This document shows positions 28,613 to 43,951 of a DNA stretch of 64,000 nt, piece by piece. Numbering within the stretch: position 1 is the stretch's first letter; each line of letters opens with the position of its first letter. The notes under the pieces were generated by a model, which was given only the letters and a program-made list of their open reading frames with translations, made no database searches and was not told the DNA's origin. The DNA is from Octopus sinensis (Eukaryota), in contig NC_042998.1 of assembly GCF_006345805.1 (NCBI RefSeq), positions 67,890,001 through 67,954,000 of the forward strand, written 5' to 3'. The translations under genes and the position numbers were made by a program.

Positions 28613-28649
28613 AAAATAAATGCAGTTTTACCATTATTCTTTTCTTTTA

Positions 28650-28860
28650 GCCTGTTAATGGTGTCAGTCGTAGGATTGTAGCCATGCTGGATCACTACCT
28701 TAGTTATCTTTTTAATCAGTTCTGCTGTTGTTTTATGGCTAGAAGTTGGTCTGGGATTTGAGTTTGCTACAGCGGATCCTCCCAGAGTGTAGTCTTGAAT
28801 GGGTGGCTTGTCCGAGTTCGTTATCAGTTTATCCAATGTTTTAGTAGATGTTCCTTTTAA
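28650..28860 (-). mobile_element. CR1-type LINE 3' end fragment
   Basis: Minus ORF TLDKLITNSDKPPIQDY...ANSN matches the CR1 KLD..L..PD.P..GY...SNS end. It is followed by gtgatccagcatggctacaatcctacgactg, the shared tail. Confidence 0.6.
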
Positions 28861-29341
28861 TACATAAACAAATATATTAAACAATATAATGTAAAATATT
28901 TTATCTATAAAACATAGCTAGCACCTAATCACTAACGCAAAAGCACTGTATTTAATGCGGATGGATTATTGGATTAAATAGATCGAAATTCATTCACAAT
29001 AAATATGGGATTAATTTATGTATTTTACGTTTAAGTTTGAAATATAAATTATCATTATTTATGCTGTTTTGGTGTGTTGTAGATAGATATAAGAGGCTAC
29101 TTGATTAGACATGTCTACTATATGTCAGTTTTTGAATTCTTCATATTTAAAGCATTCGTCCTGTTGATAAATAGTTCTGTAACTTAATCTAACATATGAC
29201 ATATGGATTTCTGTTACAGAGTGTTATTATAAACGTACTGTGAGATATTATAAATGCATACAGAACAATGTCTCCAATCTTTCTGGAGGCACGCGACATA
29301 GCAAACTCATCCCTTAGAAGAAAAGTCAATAATGTAATAGC

Positions 29342-29392
<51 letters not shown>

Positions 29393-29396
<4 letters not shown>

Positions 29397-29857
29397 GATG
29401 GGCTACAGCAAATATTCTGCTCAATACCACAGATTTGCTTGTCAGTTGTTTGACCTTAACCAGTTGAGCATGTCCCTTAGTGGCTGACGATATGTGCATC
29501 TCTGATCACGAGCAGAAGTACTGGGGGAGCATCATAGCCATGTGTTGAGAGGGATTCTTTGGGGTTTGAATAGTTCACCTCTGGAAACATGGTTGGTTCT
29601 TTCAACATCCTTAAACAATCCTTATTCAGGGACCGTTTGAGCGGGATGGGCTACTCAACCTGAAGAAAATTCTAACTGGGCCCCACCTGCAAGGTCATGT
29701 GCTGTTTATCTTGATATGAGATCACCATGTCGCGCACATATGGTTGTGATGCATGTGCCTGGTGTACCTTTATCAGACGGGTAGTCATGATGGGTATATT
29801 GGGCTTCGTATATTTTACCCCAGTGTCACTTTGATGGCATGAACTGCTCTCTCACTC

Positions 29858-29858
<1 letters not shown>
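29393..29858 (+). mobile_element. Non-coding element inserted in (TAA)n, copy 1 (lacks the first ~90 bp)
   Basis: Near-identical to 44930-45396 and flanked on both sides by TAA repeats. Confidence 0.85.
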
Positions 29859-29940
<82 letters not shown>

Positions 29941-29941
<1 letters not shown>

Positions 29942-30830
29942 AAACTAAACAAGAAATTGAAAACGAATGAAACTGAAAATATGTGGGTAAAGAAAAGAAT
30001 GATGGTCAATTCCATAGGGATATTGAAGATAAGACAGAGAAAAAGATGACTGTGTATGACTAAAAGTGATTTAAAATCGGAAACGAAGGCTCTAATCTGT
30101 GCTGCCCAAGAGCAAGCACTAAGAACAAACAAAATAAAATACAGAATAGACAACACAGCAGAAAGTGGACAAATTGGTGGAACCGAATGACATATTACCA
30201 GCCAAAATACGCCACTAGCACACAAGGAATATAAAAGACACCACAACAATATAGCCAGGCTTGTCCATTGGACACTTTGTAACACATATGGACTTGACAG
30301 AGCAAAAAGGTGGTACAACCACAAACCTAATGGCATCTTCGAAAATAGAAATGCAAAGATCCTATGGGATTTTATGATTGAGTGCGACCATGACATAGAG
30401 AATAGGAAGCCAGACGTAGTCTTAAATGAGAAAGAAAACAAACTATGATGGATCATAGATATAGTATGTCCAGCTGACAATAAGGTATGCGATGAGAAAG
30501 AAAGAAATGTCGAGAGATATGACAGGTAGCTTGGGAAGTTAAGCAATTGTGGTCGATGAAAAAGGTAGCAGTAGTACCAATAATTGTCGGAGCCCTGGGA
30601 ACAGTGAGCAAAAATCACGAGAACTGCGTGGTAGAAATAGGGGCTGCAATAATGGTGGTGGAGCACTTGCAGAAAGCAGCACTGCTTGGAGCTGCTCGAA
30701 TACTCTGGAAAGTGCTCGAAAATTGAGAGGTGTTACCTTAGTTCACTGGTAGTGAACAGCTGATACTGTAGTACATCTCCGGCGCTAGAAGCCGTGCAAA
30801 GGCAATAATAATAATAATAATAATAATAAT
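29941..30830 (+). mobile_element. R4/Dong-type LINE 3' portion, decayed
   Basis: SDLKSETKALICAAQEQALRTN, EYKRHHNNIARLVHWTLC, ILWDFMIECD..RKPDVV (PD..D restriction-like endonuclease) and VPIIVGALG. Ends in an (AAT)n tail. Confidence 0.85.
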
Positions 30831-32285
30831 AGTGACGGAAAACAGAAAGGAAATGGAAAACAGCTGGCATGATATATATATATAAGAAAAATTCTACAAA
30901 TTGAATTTTCGTAACGAAAACTAACTTCACGTTCACACATAAATACACTTAAATACAATGAGCCAAACAGACTAGGCTGATAGTGGACAATGGAATAAAA
31001 GGATAAAATTAAAACAGAAAATATGCCAAAGAGATACCCTACCTAAAGCACACCTGTCAAAAGACAGCTTCCCAATAGCATCAAAATAGATTAACTTCGT
31101 AATTCAATTATCAACCTGAGATTTAGAAATTATGGACCACTCACGTCTTTACCGGTGTATTTAAATGGAAATATTCTAACTATCAAAAAAATAGGCAATA
31201 TTCTGAGGTTCATTGAGCGATTTCTAATAGATGTAAACTGAATTGCGTTTGTGTCGACGTTGTCCATTTAAGCTGTTCCAGAATTTATTTACGCACTACT
31301 GTAGTAATAAGAAAGGAAAATTGAAGGCGTGGATATGGATGTGTACATAAGAACATCTTTCCGAATCTTCTTTGTTCGAGCTTGAATACATACATACAGG
31401 CACACACACGCACCCATACCCCCCCACACACACACATACAAAACACACACACACACGGCTTTTAAACTAGCTCCTGAGGCTGGTTTTTCATTAGGCCTTG
31501 GGCCCAACAATGGCACTTCATGCATTGGGTAGATATTAAATTTTATTAAACCTGGACAATATTTTTCAAGACAATGATATAATTTGTCGACTTGGAACTT
31601 ATTGCAAAGCTGCATGATAAACAACAGTACCACTACCATCGCAACCTTGTCTGCTATACACACACCATTGAGATTACTGAGGCAATCACCATCAATACCT
31701 TTAACTTCGCCGCCTTCCTCTCCACCACCATCACCGCTGTCTTTCACATCACTTACTCTCACCGTCATCCCTGACCGCCTCGGCTATTACCACCACTATC
31801 ATCACCACCACCTCCCCATCTATCACAACGAGAGCTCATACTATTACTATCGCCCCATTGCCATCACAAAAAAGGCTAAATATGTGTGTAAAAGAATAGT
31901 GTTCTGTCTGCTAATTCAGCGTTCAGTCCTTCTTTCTCTGTCTTATTATTACTCCCACTCCTATCATCAACACTACTAATTTTAATAAAAAATATCATCA
32001 ACTCTCCCTAAATTTCTTTTTCTCTCTTTCTTTCCCTCTCTTTTTCTTTCTCTCTCTCTCTATCTATCTATCTATCTCTGATTCGTCACCACCCTCACCG
32101 TCTGTATTCCTGCTATTACTCTCACCCTAGCATGAGGAATAGTAGGAGCATCAGTTTGCCCGACTTCAGTTCTTCGATTTTTTTTACTGTAGCGAGTAGA
32201 TTATATGTGGAAATTGACGATTTAATAGTCTATCATCAGCATATTGGCTTTGAAATAATTTTCTTTAGCCCTTACTTATAAGTTG

Positions 32286-34063
<1,778 letters not shown>

Positions 34064-34095
34064 TCAACCACGTGCTTTCACAAACCAACTTTCTT

Positions 34096-34146
<51 letters not shown>

Positions 34147-34147
<1 letters not shown>

Positions 34148-34545
34148 GGCGCAGGCGTGGCTGTATGGTAAGACGTTCCAGGTTCAGTTCCGTTGCGTGT
34201 CACTTTCGGCAATTGTCTTCTACTATAGTTTCAGGACGACCAAAGCCGTGTGGGTGGCTATGACAGATGGAAACACTGAAAGAAGCCTGTTGTATATATT
34301 TATATATATATGTATATGCGTGTGTGCGTGTGTGTGTGTGATTGTGTCTGTATTTGTCCCTCCACCATCGCCTGACAACCGATCTTGTTGTGCTTACATC
34401 CTCGTAACATAGCGGCTCGCCAAAAGTGGCCGATATAGTAAGTACCAGGCTTACAAAGAATAAGTCCAGGGGTCGATTTCGTCGACTAAAAGGTTGTGCT
34501 CCAGCATAGCCACAGTTAAAATTACTGAAACAAGTAAAATAATAA
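34147..34545 (+). mobile_element. SINE family B, near full length
   Basis: tRNA-like head ggcgcaggcgtggctgtatggtaag..ggttcagttcc, central (TA)/(TG) tract and CCAGCAT tail. Confidence 0.85.
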
Positions 34546-35903
34546 ACACAATAAAAGAATATATATATATATATAATCCCTCATATACACGCATGTGCAA
34601 ACTCATCTATACGTATACATGCAGACATACGTACCTATAAACATACCTATATATCAGATGTTTTACCCTTCCTTTGTGGTTTCGTTCCTTGCAGTTGCAG
34701 CTTTAGTTATCCCTGTCTTTCATAAGTTTATAGTCCCACAGTTTTCCATAGTCATCTACATCAGGAGCATCAATACCATTTATATTAATAACTCCATCAA
34801 CGTTTTCATACCCCAAATATTTACTTTATGTTATATTTAGTTATTCATCTTTTATTTATATACTTACTCATCCGTACATTTATGCGTTTCTAATTACTTT
34901 CCGCATCATTTGATAATTTTGCAATTTATGCAACGTCTACGATGAAAAACCTTTGTAATTTTCATCTTATTGCAAATGATGTAATTATTGTTACAAGATC
35001 TAAGAGATTGTCAAACCATTTTCATAGAACTCCCGAACAATTGCTAAATGGATTGTTAAACAATTACTAAACAACTTTTCTCTACATCTTTACTCGAATG
35101 TCAGACCATACTTGAAGAATTCTCAAACAGATGTCGAGGAATTTTTCTCTGTACTCTGTATGAATTCTTTACGTTATCTGACTCGTTTCTTGCATATTCT
35201 CTGCACATGTATTCAATCATCAATCAACCATGGAATGTCAGATTCCTGTATCTATGTGTTCAATGTATACCAAACAATTGAATAACATGGCAAACACCAA
35301 CATATTCGGATTCCCTCGTTATAGCATTTTTATTTGGTTATGGGCTTTCGATTTCATTTCAATTCTGGCAAAGTTGTAGGTTTGGGATTTTGGATTTTTA
35401 TATATATTCGTTATTTTTATATTCTTATATTTTTGTATACCTTCAATTTTGCGTTCCAAATTTTCTCTATCACGAAATTTGTGTTTCCGTATTTTGCAAA
35501 TTTGCAATGTTTTCTTTTTTGTTATATTCATGTATTATTGAATATTTATAAGTGTTGCATCTGGTATTCATCAACCGTTGCATATCACATTTACTCATGT
35601 ATCCCTACTTGGATTTGTAGAATTTCCCGACACATCCAAGATGCCGCTATGCGACCATGTGACCATAATGTGACGATTGCAACAACACACGCAATAGCTT
35701 GCTAATATGTGTAAATATCATGCTGATTATAAGTATGTGTGGGTGTGAGTGTTGGAGTACTTGAATCAATGTGTGCATTGCTTATATGCATAGGGTAGCC
35801 TATCACCATTATTATTCTTTTTCATATATATAAATATATTATTAGTTTATTTCAATTTTTATCATCATCATCATCATTAATAATATTATTATTATTATTA
35901 TTA

Positions 35904-35947
<44 letters not shown>

Positions 35948-36122
35948 GTTATTATTATTATTATTATCATTATTATTATTATTATTATTCCATATACGTA
36001 TACACATACATACGGCTGCTTGTGTGCGCCTGTGTGCACATATGTCTATGTAGTGATAAGTACGAATTCGAGCATGTATGAGAAGCTTCTATGTATGGGT
36101 ATACGTACACTTTCGTATGTCT

Positions 36123-36201
<79 letters not shown>

Positions 36202-36520
36202 GTATATCATGCATTTTCATATACACACTCATATACATATACACATAAGCATGATATGATATATAATATATATCTATATATGAATGCGTACATAAACACA
36301 TTTAGATGCATAAATGCGAATACATACATATACACTGTTGCGTATATACACGCACAAACATGCGCGTATATGCAGACATACGTTTTAAAGCCACATTCAC
36401 ACACGCGTATCTATGTATGCATATATATATAGATATATCTATGTATCTTCATGCATGCTCTCAGATATATATATATATATATATACTTTTCCCTACTGTT
36501 TTCTCTTCATTCCTTTTCTC

Positions 36521-36586
<66 letters not shown>

Positions 36587-36686
36587 ATAATTATTTGTAG
36601 TAGTAGTACTACTACTACTATTATTATTACTGTTATTAATATTATTATGTTTATTAACATTATCATCATCATCATCGTAATTATTA

Positions 36687-36726
<40 letters not shown>

Positions 36727-36945
36727 GTTTTATATTTATATTTACATCAGTTCATTGCCAATCTTCGATAGGGTTCCATAGTTTTTATTTATGTGTAAAA
36801 GTTATTTTCTTTCCTTTTCGATATTTGATTCGAGTGAGTCTGTTATTGCTTTCAGATTTAGTTCATTCTTTTTTCATTCCCATTTACTTTTCTAATTCAA
36901 ATTGTTTGTTTTTATATACTTACAAAATTACGTAGTAAAAGTTAG

Positions 36946-36988
<43 letters not shown>

Positions 36989-37230
36989 TATATATATATA
37001 ATATATTATATATATAATATATATATATTATATATATTATATAATATATATATATATTATATATATAATATATATATATATTATATATATATATTATATA
37101 TTATATATATTTATATTTATATATATATATGTGTGTGTGTGTGCGTGTGTGTGTATTATTTATATGTATAAATATATGTGTATTTATATTGTATATACAT
37201 ATAATTTACATATATATATATCTATATATA

Positions 37231-37275
<45 letters not shown>

Positions 37276-37337
37276 CATATATATATATACTTATATATAT
37301 ATAAATATATATATATATATTATATATATATATACTT

Positions 37338-37404
<67 letters not shown>

Positions 37405-37406
37405 AA

Positions 37407-37442
<36 letters not shown>

Positions 37443-38389
37443 AGCGTGTGTGCCTGCGTTTGTATGTGTGTGTGCGCGCGCGCTCGTACCCCACTACGCA
37501 CGTGTTGATGCATGCCCGTATACTTGTATTTATATGAATGTGTGTGCGAGAGACTCTGCATGCTTGTAAATGTGTGCATATATATGTGTCTGTACATGGC
37601 TACATATAAGTGTTGATGATTGAAGTTAAAATTGTGTGTGTGTGTATACGCATCATAAAGGAAGCTGAAATAAATCATCACACGTGTATTCTCCCCTTTC
37701 TGTCATATCATTCAAACACTTTCCTATCCCGATTCAATCATATCAGAACCTAGATCTTTATTTTATTGAAAAATAGCATCAGATTTCAAAATAATTATAA
37801 CCTGCCGTCAGTTAACAGATAAATCTAAAAGTGAAAATATAGCGGAAACTTAAATTTAACATGTGTTTAATAAATTCGTATATCAGATTTATGGATATGA
37901 AATTCGGCATTTGTGACGTTCAAATTTCAAGATTTATGAACAAAGAATAAATTTCAGACTTTAATGTACATTTGAACCGTAAAATGTTATTACATGGGAT
38001 GATAACTCTCTTTCCCTCGCTCTTTTTCTCTCGGTACATGTGTGTGTGATATGTATGTGTGCGTGTTTGTGTGTATGTGTTGCGTGTGTGTGTTTGTGTA
38101 AGTGTATGTGTGCATTTGTGTGTATGCATGTATGTGTGTGTTATAAGGATTATATTCATATATACATATACATCTGTATATAGATATATATCCAGTATAT
38201 TTATAAATATATATATACGTTATATCTACCTATCTAAATGTATGTTTATATACATACCTACAACACACACACACAAGCACACACATATATATGTATAGGT
38301 AGATAAATAGGGGGATAGGCAGTGATAGATAATAAAGGTATATACATATATGGTAACATACATGCGTACATAAACATTTTTGTATATGC

Positions 38390-38735
38390 TTGCGTGGTTG
38401 TATGGTAAGGCAAGTGCTTCTCAACAACGTTGTTCTTGGTTCAGTCCCCCTTCATAGCATCTTGCTTAAGGGTCTCCTACTATAGGTCCGTGTCGACTAA
38501 AGCCTTGTGTTGTAAATATGTATACAACTATTGTATGAAATTTTGCTTTTATGTTTGTTCCCCACCTCATTTGACAACCGATGTTAATTTGTTCACATCT
38601 TTGTAATGTAGCGGTTCGGCAAAAGAGACGGATAGAATAAGTGCCAGCCTTTAACAAAAAGTACTATCGTCGATTTGTTCGACTAAATCTTTCAACACGG
38701 TGCCCCTTCACGTCTATAGTTTAATGATACTGAAA
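38390..38735 (+). mobile_element. SINE family B, diverged copy
   Basis: gcgtggttgtatggtaagg..ggttcagtccc..cgactaaagccttgtg..gcggttcggcaaaagagac..cgatttgttcgactaa. Confidence 0.8.
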
Positions 38736-38752
38736 GAAATAATAAATGGAAC

Positions 38753-40060
38753 TGTTATGGGGATAATAGTAATAATGGGACAATCCTCCCACTTGACGAG
38801 TGGTATGTGAGAGTCAGTACAAATACTGTAACGTCGAGAAAGTGTCAGTGGGATAGACGGTCATTAGATAGTCCGTGTCTTAATTATACAGTTACACCGG
38901 AGTGGACGTTATAACAGTCTGACAGAGGATTACAACAGTGGCGACGAGGAAGTAACAAACTCACACGGAATTAGCAAACTCACAAAAGTCTTCTATGCTA
39001 ATTTTATGACATACAAAATCGTAAAATTACGGAAGATTTCTTGGTCGGTTTGTTCGAGTTGCAAAACAGCAGCAAAAACACCTGTAAGAACAACAACAAC
39101 AACAATTACTATTACATTAACAAATGCTTCAATTAATGAATAGTAACTCCTCAAAAAATGCTGAAAAGATGTTCCTGCTAGATTATGTTGCAAACTCGAT
39201 AACAGTTTTAAGTATGAACAAGATGGAGTTTCTGTCGAGTTGTACTATAGAAGATACGAAAAGATCTTCAATAAAGAGTGCAAAGATTGGGATGACGATA
39301 TGAAAACGCGTCTAATCTTAAGAAAGCTGACAGCAGGAGAACATGTGAGTTATAGTAATTATATACTCCCGAAAAAAAAAATTTATGACGTAAACGTTAA
39401 AAGTACAATCGACATATTAATACACGCTGGAAATGTTAGAAACTAGAAAAGAACAACGAGCCGAACTACATCACATACATCACATACGCTAGTAGAGTTA
39501 ACAGAGAATATGAAAAGTTCAAACTGTACGAATTATCGCCAGATATGTTCAATTGCCTGATATATTCATAACGCCAGATATGATCAATTGCCTGACTAAC
39601 TGCAGAAAAAGATGCAGAAGTAAGGACAAGAATTCTAGCTAAGTTGAAACAAAGCCAAGCTGTAACCTTACAAATATCAGAAGAGTGTAAAAGAATAGTA
39701 AATTTAAGACACGATACAGTGAAAATTGAACATAAAGAGGAGGCATATTTGCAAATCCAAGTAGAAGAATGCTCATATTTATAAACCATCAATACACACT
39801 GTGGCTTATTTAAATTTAAGAGGCTTCCCTTCGGTGTAAAAGTGGTTCCTTCAATATTTCAAGCAGCAATGGATGACAGTGATTTTGCTATCTCCTATTC
39901 AGAGTATATACTACTAAAAAAAACGAATCACACGAACAAAATATAAAACACGTAAAGAGGGTATTCAAAAAAAAAAAAGGAATACGGTTTTAAGTTAAGT
40001 GAAGAAAAATGCGAATTCATTCTGAAAAAAAAGTAAATATCTGGGCAAGATAGTAGAGAA
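38753..40060 (+). mobile_element. Ty3/Gypsy (K02A2.6/Mag-like) remnant: 5' LTR, PBS, gag, RT fragment
   Basis: LTR TGTTATGG..TTACAACA at 38753-38937. PBS TGGCGACGAGGA at 38939-38950 is complementary to the tRNA-Ser(GCU) 3' end. Gag YRRYEKIFNKEC.DWDDDMKTRLILRKL...YILPK. RT AYLQIQV..TINTHCGLFKFKRLPFGVK..PSIFQ. Confidence 0.9.
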
Positions 40061-40655
40061 ATCGAAAATTTGGAAAGGAAGTTTGGGTGGTCTAAAAGTC
40101 CCTGAGTCTAATAATTACCAATAAGCAACAATGTCAAAACCAGAGCTTTCATGACATAAAATCACCAACACAGGAGATTTTTTTTTAATATTCCCGCTAA
40201 TTAAAACTACTAATTATCATAATCGTTATTAGTCACTCGGGGTTTAAACGAAATCTATTAATCCAATATAATTTTTTATTGTTTATTATATTTTTATGGT
40301 TTGTTTCTTTCCAGATTTCGAATAATAACTGAACATATAATTCAAAATACTACACGACCAGCCATCATAAAAAACTTAGAGAAATTACAAAAAACGGACA
40401 CCCGGATTATTTTATTATATGCAAACAGGTTCGTATGAAGTTTCAATTTCCTATTGTTTTCTTGTGTTGCTTCCATGAATTCCTCTACAGCTCTTAAGTC
40501 ATATAAATACATACACACGGACCTGTGCACATACGCACCTACAATTACGTATATCATATATATATATATACATATATATATATATGTGTATATTTCGTTT
40601 GGGATTTGGTTTGCAAGATTCTTTATGTGAGTTCGTGTATTGAAGTATATTCTGC

Positions 40656-40944
40656 TGTGTCTGGAGACAGTCATTCTCTTTTGGTGCCTTATAATTTAAC
40701 ACATTCACCGGTAAAATTTCCGCTTATTTCTTTTATATTTTTCTGAAATTTTCGTTGCGTTTTGCAACCTTCTCAATAGTCGTTGACTCTGAAAAGACCA
40801 TCAAACATCCCCTTGGCAATGACTATCGAAAAGCATGCAAGACGCAACGACAATTTTAGAAAAATAAAAAATAAATAAGTGGAAATTTTACCAGTGAGTG
40901 TGTTAAATTATAAAGCACCAAAAGAGAAGCACTCCCCAGACGCA
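40656..40944. repeat. Fold-back element with ~130-bp arms and a 31-nt loop
   Basis: 40656-40785 is an imperfect inverted repeat of 40817-40944. Confidence 0.8.
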
Positions 40945-40983
40945 ATGCATGTATGTATGTATACATATATATATATATAATAT

Positions 40984-41244
40984 TGATTAGAGACAAAACC
41001 ACTATTTTGTAAAACAAACAAGGAAAGACTTAATCAATACATAAAATTTTAATAAAAAGTAAAAAAACCGCCAATACAATTGTTTCATGTCCTCAATGAC
41101 AATCTTCAGGTGGATTTCCGATTTTCAAATCAGTTTCAATTGAAACAATTGTAGTGGCGGTTTTTTTACTTTTTATTAAAATTTTATGTATTGATTAAGT
41201 CTTTCCTTGTTTGTTTTACAAAATAGTGGTTTTGTCTCTAATTA
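40984..41244. mobile_element. Inverted pair of Penelope-type terminal repeats (near-perfect ~103-bp arms)
   Basis: 40984-41087 is inverted at 41141-41244. The spacer completes a hammerhead on the minus strand. Confidence 0.8.
41071..41113 (-). ncRNA. Type I hammerhead ribozyme motif
   Basis: CCAC CTGAAGA T TGTC-ATTGAG-GACA T GAAA CAATTG TA| TTGG (GTGG in the other arm). Canonical core, palindromic ACAATTGT helix III and a GUA site. Confidence 0.7.
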
Positions 41245-41328
41245 ATATTATATAATATTTTACTATAAAATTGGATTTAATCCTAAATCTGATTTTTCCC
41301 TGTAAATTTGGATTTATTCCCTAATATT

Positions 41329-41398
<70 letters not shown>

Positions 41399-41399
41399 T

Positions 41400-41610
41400 A
41401 TTCATTTCAAAATGTAACCACAAGTGAATCGTTGGCGATTTTTTCCTCCGTTTTCCATTTCTCTTCGACTTTTCTCTGCCTGCAGTTTCTGAAGAAGAGC
41501 TTTGTTCGAGACGTAGAACCACCTTCGTTCCTTCTCCGAGCGTCTGCTAATATTTTATATGTACCATGTACTCATGTTGTTGATTTTTGTGTTTGTTCTT
41601 CATTTCTTTA
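41400..41610 (+). mobile_element. Hammerhead-bearing short repeat, diverged copy B
   Basis: 41485-41519 reads GTTT CTGAAGA A GAGC-TTT-GTTC GAGA CG TA GAAC. Downstream ccgagcgtc..ctaata is shared with the family. Confidence 0.6.
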
Positions 41611-41640
41611 AAATTTACTAGACATACATACATACATACA

Positions 41641-41672
<32 letters not shown>

Positions 41673-41699
41673 CATACATACATACATATAGAATGTTTA

Positions 41700-41930
41700 G
41701 GCTAAAAGAAAATCCAATATCCCACACCAAAAGAAAATTATTTTTTTCTAAGTTAAAAATACCGTCAACGTAATGGCTGATCGGTAAGTACACTCAAGCT
41801 AGCCGCCCTCAGCTTCCACCAAATCCTTGAGACAGCTACGGAACTTGGCACATGCATTCTTTCACTGAGTCCCTGGGAAGATCTTCGAACTTCCCCTTGG
41901 CATTGGCCACAGGTTCGGCCTACATAAATG
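41700..41930 (-). mobile_element. Tc1/mariner-type transposase C-terminal remnant
   Basis: Minus strand ..ttcgaagatcttcccagggactcagtg..aatgcatgtgccaagttccg..gtggaagctgagggcggcta gives frameshifted FEDLPRD.V..AC..FR.....VEAEGG. Confidence 0.55.
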
Positions 41931-42008
41931 CATCTGAGTTTTTTTTTATTTTGCTCCACTCTAAGAAAATATATCACCTTATATATCAAGCCCCCACCCC
42001 CACCCCCA

Positions 42009-43250
42009 AAGGCGGCGAGCTGGCAGAAACGTTAGCACGCCGGGCGAAATGCGTAGCCGTATTTCGTCTGCCGTTACGTTCTGAGTTCAAATTCTGCCGA
42101 GGTTGACTTTGCCTTTCATCCTTTCGAGGTCGATGAAATAAGTACCAGTTCCGCACTGGCGTCGATATAATCGACTTAATCTATTTGTCTGTCCTTGTTT
42201 GTCCTCTCTGTATTTAGCCCCTTTGTGGGTAGTAAAGAAATAGGTATTTCGTCTGCCGCTATATTCTTAGTTCAAACTCCGCCGAGTTCGGCTTTGCCTT
42301 TTTATGTTTTCGGAGTCGATTAATTAAGTACCAGTTGCGTACTGGGGTCGATCTAATCGACTGGCCCCATCCCCCCAAATTTTCGGGCCGTGTGCTAGAG
42401 TAGAGAAGAATATTTATGTACGATAAGGCGGCGAGCTGGCAGAAACGTTTGCACGCCAGGCGAAATGCGTAGCCGTATTTCGTCTCCCATTACGTTCTGA
42501 GCTCAAATTCTGCCGAGGTTGACTTTGCCTTTCATCCTTTCGAGGTCGATGAAATAAGTACCAGTTCCGCACTGGCGTCGATATAATCGACTTAATCTAT
42601 TTGTCTGTCCTTGTTTGTCCTCTCTGTATTTAGCCCCTTTGTGGGTAGTAAAGAAATAGGTATTTCGTCTGCCGCTATATTCTTAGTTCAAACTCCGCCG
42701 AGTTCGGCTTTGCCTTTTTATGTTTTCGGAGTCGATTAATTAAGTACCAGTTGCGTACTGGGGTCGATCTAATCGACTGGCCCCATCCCCCCAAATTTTC
42801 GGGCCGTGTGCTAGAGTAGAGAAGAATATTTATGTACGATAAGGCGGCGAGCTGGCAGAAACGTTTGCACGCCAGGCGAAATGCGTAGCCGTATTTCGTC
42901 TCCCATTACGTTCTGAGCTCAAATTCTGCCGAGGTCGACTTTGCCTTTCATTCTTTCGGGGTCGATAAATTAAGTACTACTTCCGCATTGGAGTCGATCT
43001 AGTCGACTTAATCCGTTTGTCTGTCCTTGTTTGTCCCCACCGTGTTTAGCCCCTTGTAGGTAGTAAAGAAATAGGTATTTCGTCTGTCTTTATGTTCTGA
43101 GTTCAAATTCCGCCGAGGTCTACTTTGCTTTTCATCCTCTCAGAGTCGATAAATTAAGTAGCAGTCGTGTATTAAGATCGATCTAATCGACTGCCCTCCC
43201 CCTCTTCAAACATTTCGGCCCCTGTACCTAGAAAAGAAACGTATGTATCA
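42009..43250 (+). mobile_element. Three tandem dimeric family A SINEs, 416-bp period
   Basis: Heads aaggcggcgagctggcagaaacg start at 42009, 42425 and 42841. Confidence 0.95.
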
Positions 43251-43405
43251 ACCCAGAGACTCGAAAATACATTTCTAGCACTAACATTGAAAAATATGAA
43301 TTGGCCCCATTGCTGCCTTTATAAACACAGAAGAGAAACAATAGTTTTAGCAGTGATGTCGTAACAACAATAGCAGCAGTAGAAACAACAGCAGCCACAC
43401 TACAA

Positions 43406-43443
<38 letters not shown>

Positions 43444-43910
43444 ACTCCTAGATGTCTAAAGTTAGAAAAAAAAAGAAGCAAAATGGTCGGTATACGAGTT
43501 GTATATTTCTTTATGACCAGCAGTAATTAAAGCGCAGTAATACTACAATAACATGGCAAACCTGTATTTGCATAGTGAATTACAAGAAGAAAAAAAGTTC
43601 TGCCATTACTCGATGCTTTATGGTTTACCCTCAGCTAATATTCCACTAGTGATATTTATTACGAGAACTGAAAATACTACTTTCAAAATGGGGATAATTG
43701 TTAACAGCTGTTCACTATACAGAGGAAAGTCTTGATTTATACATTTTCCAAACATATGATGTTCTGATTTTAGTATTTTAGTTCTTATATTTATTTACAG
43801 ACTGCTTTTATGATATGGCTTTATATCACTTATATCACCTTTATGACAGTAGGGAACTTCATGGAATTGCGTGTTTGTGTGTATGTGTGTGAGTAAGTAA
43901 GTGCATGTGA

Positions 43911-43951
<41 letters not shown>

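Noticed and set aside
29221-29325. Acceptor-like ttctgttacag followed by non-repetitive sequence
   Set aside because: A stop codon appears within four codons in the required frame, and there is no receptor similarity.
29815-30666. 283-aa minus-strand ORF
   Set aside because: It is the antisense frame of an R4/Dong fragment plus (TGA)n. The recognisable protein motifs are on the + strand.
40786-40816. ctgaaaagaccatcaaacatc as a decayed hammerhead in the fold-back loop
   Set aside because: It needs at least two core substitutions and has no convincing helix I or III, so it could be chance.
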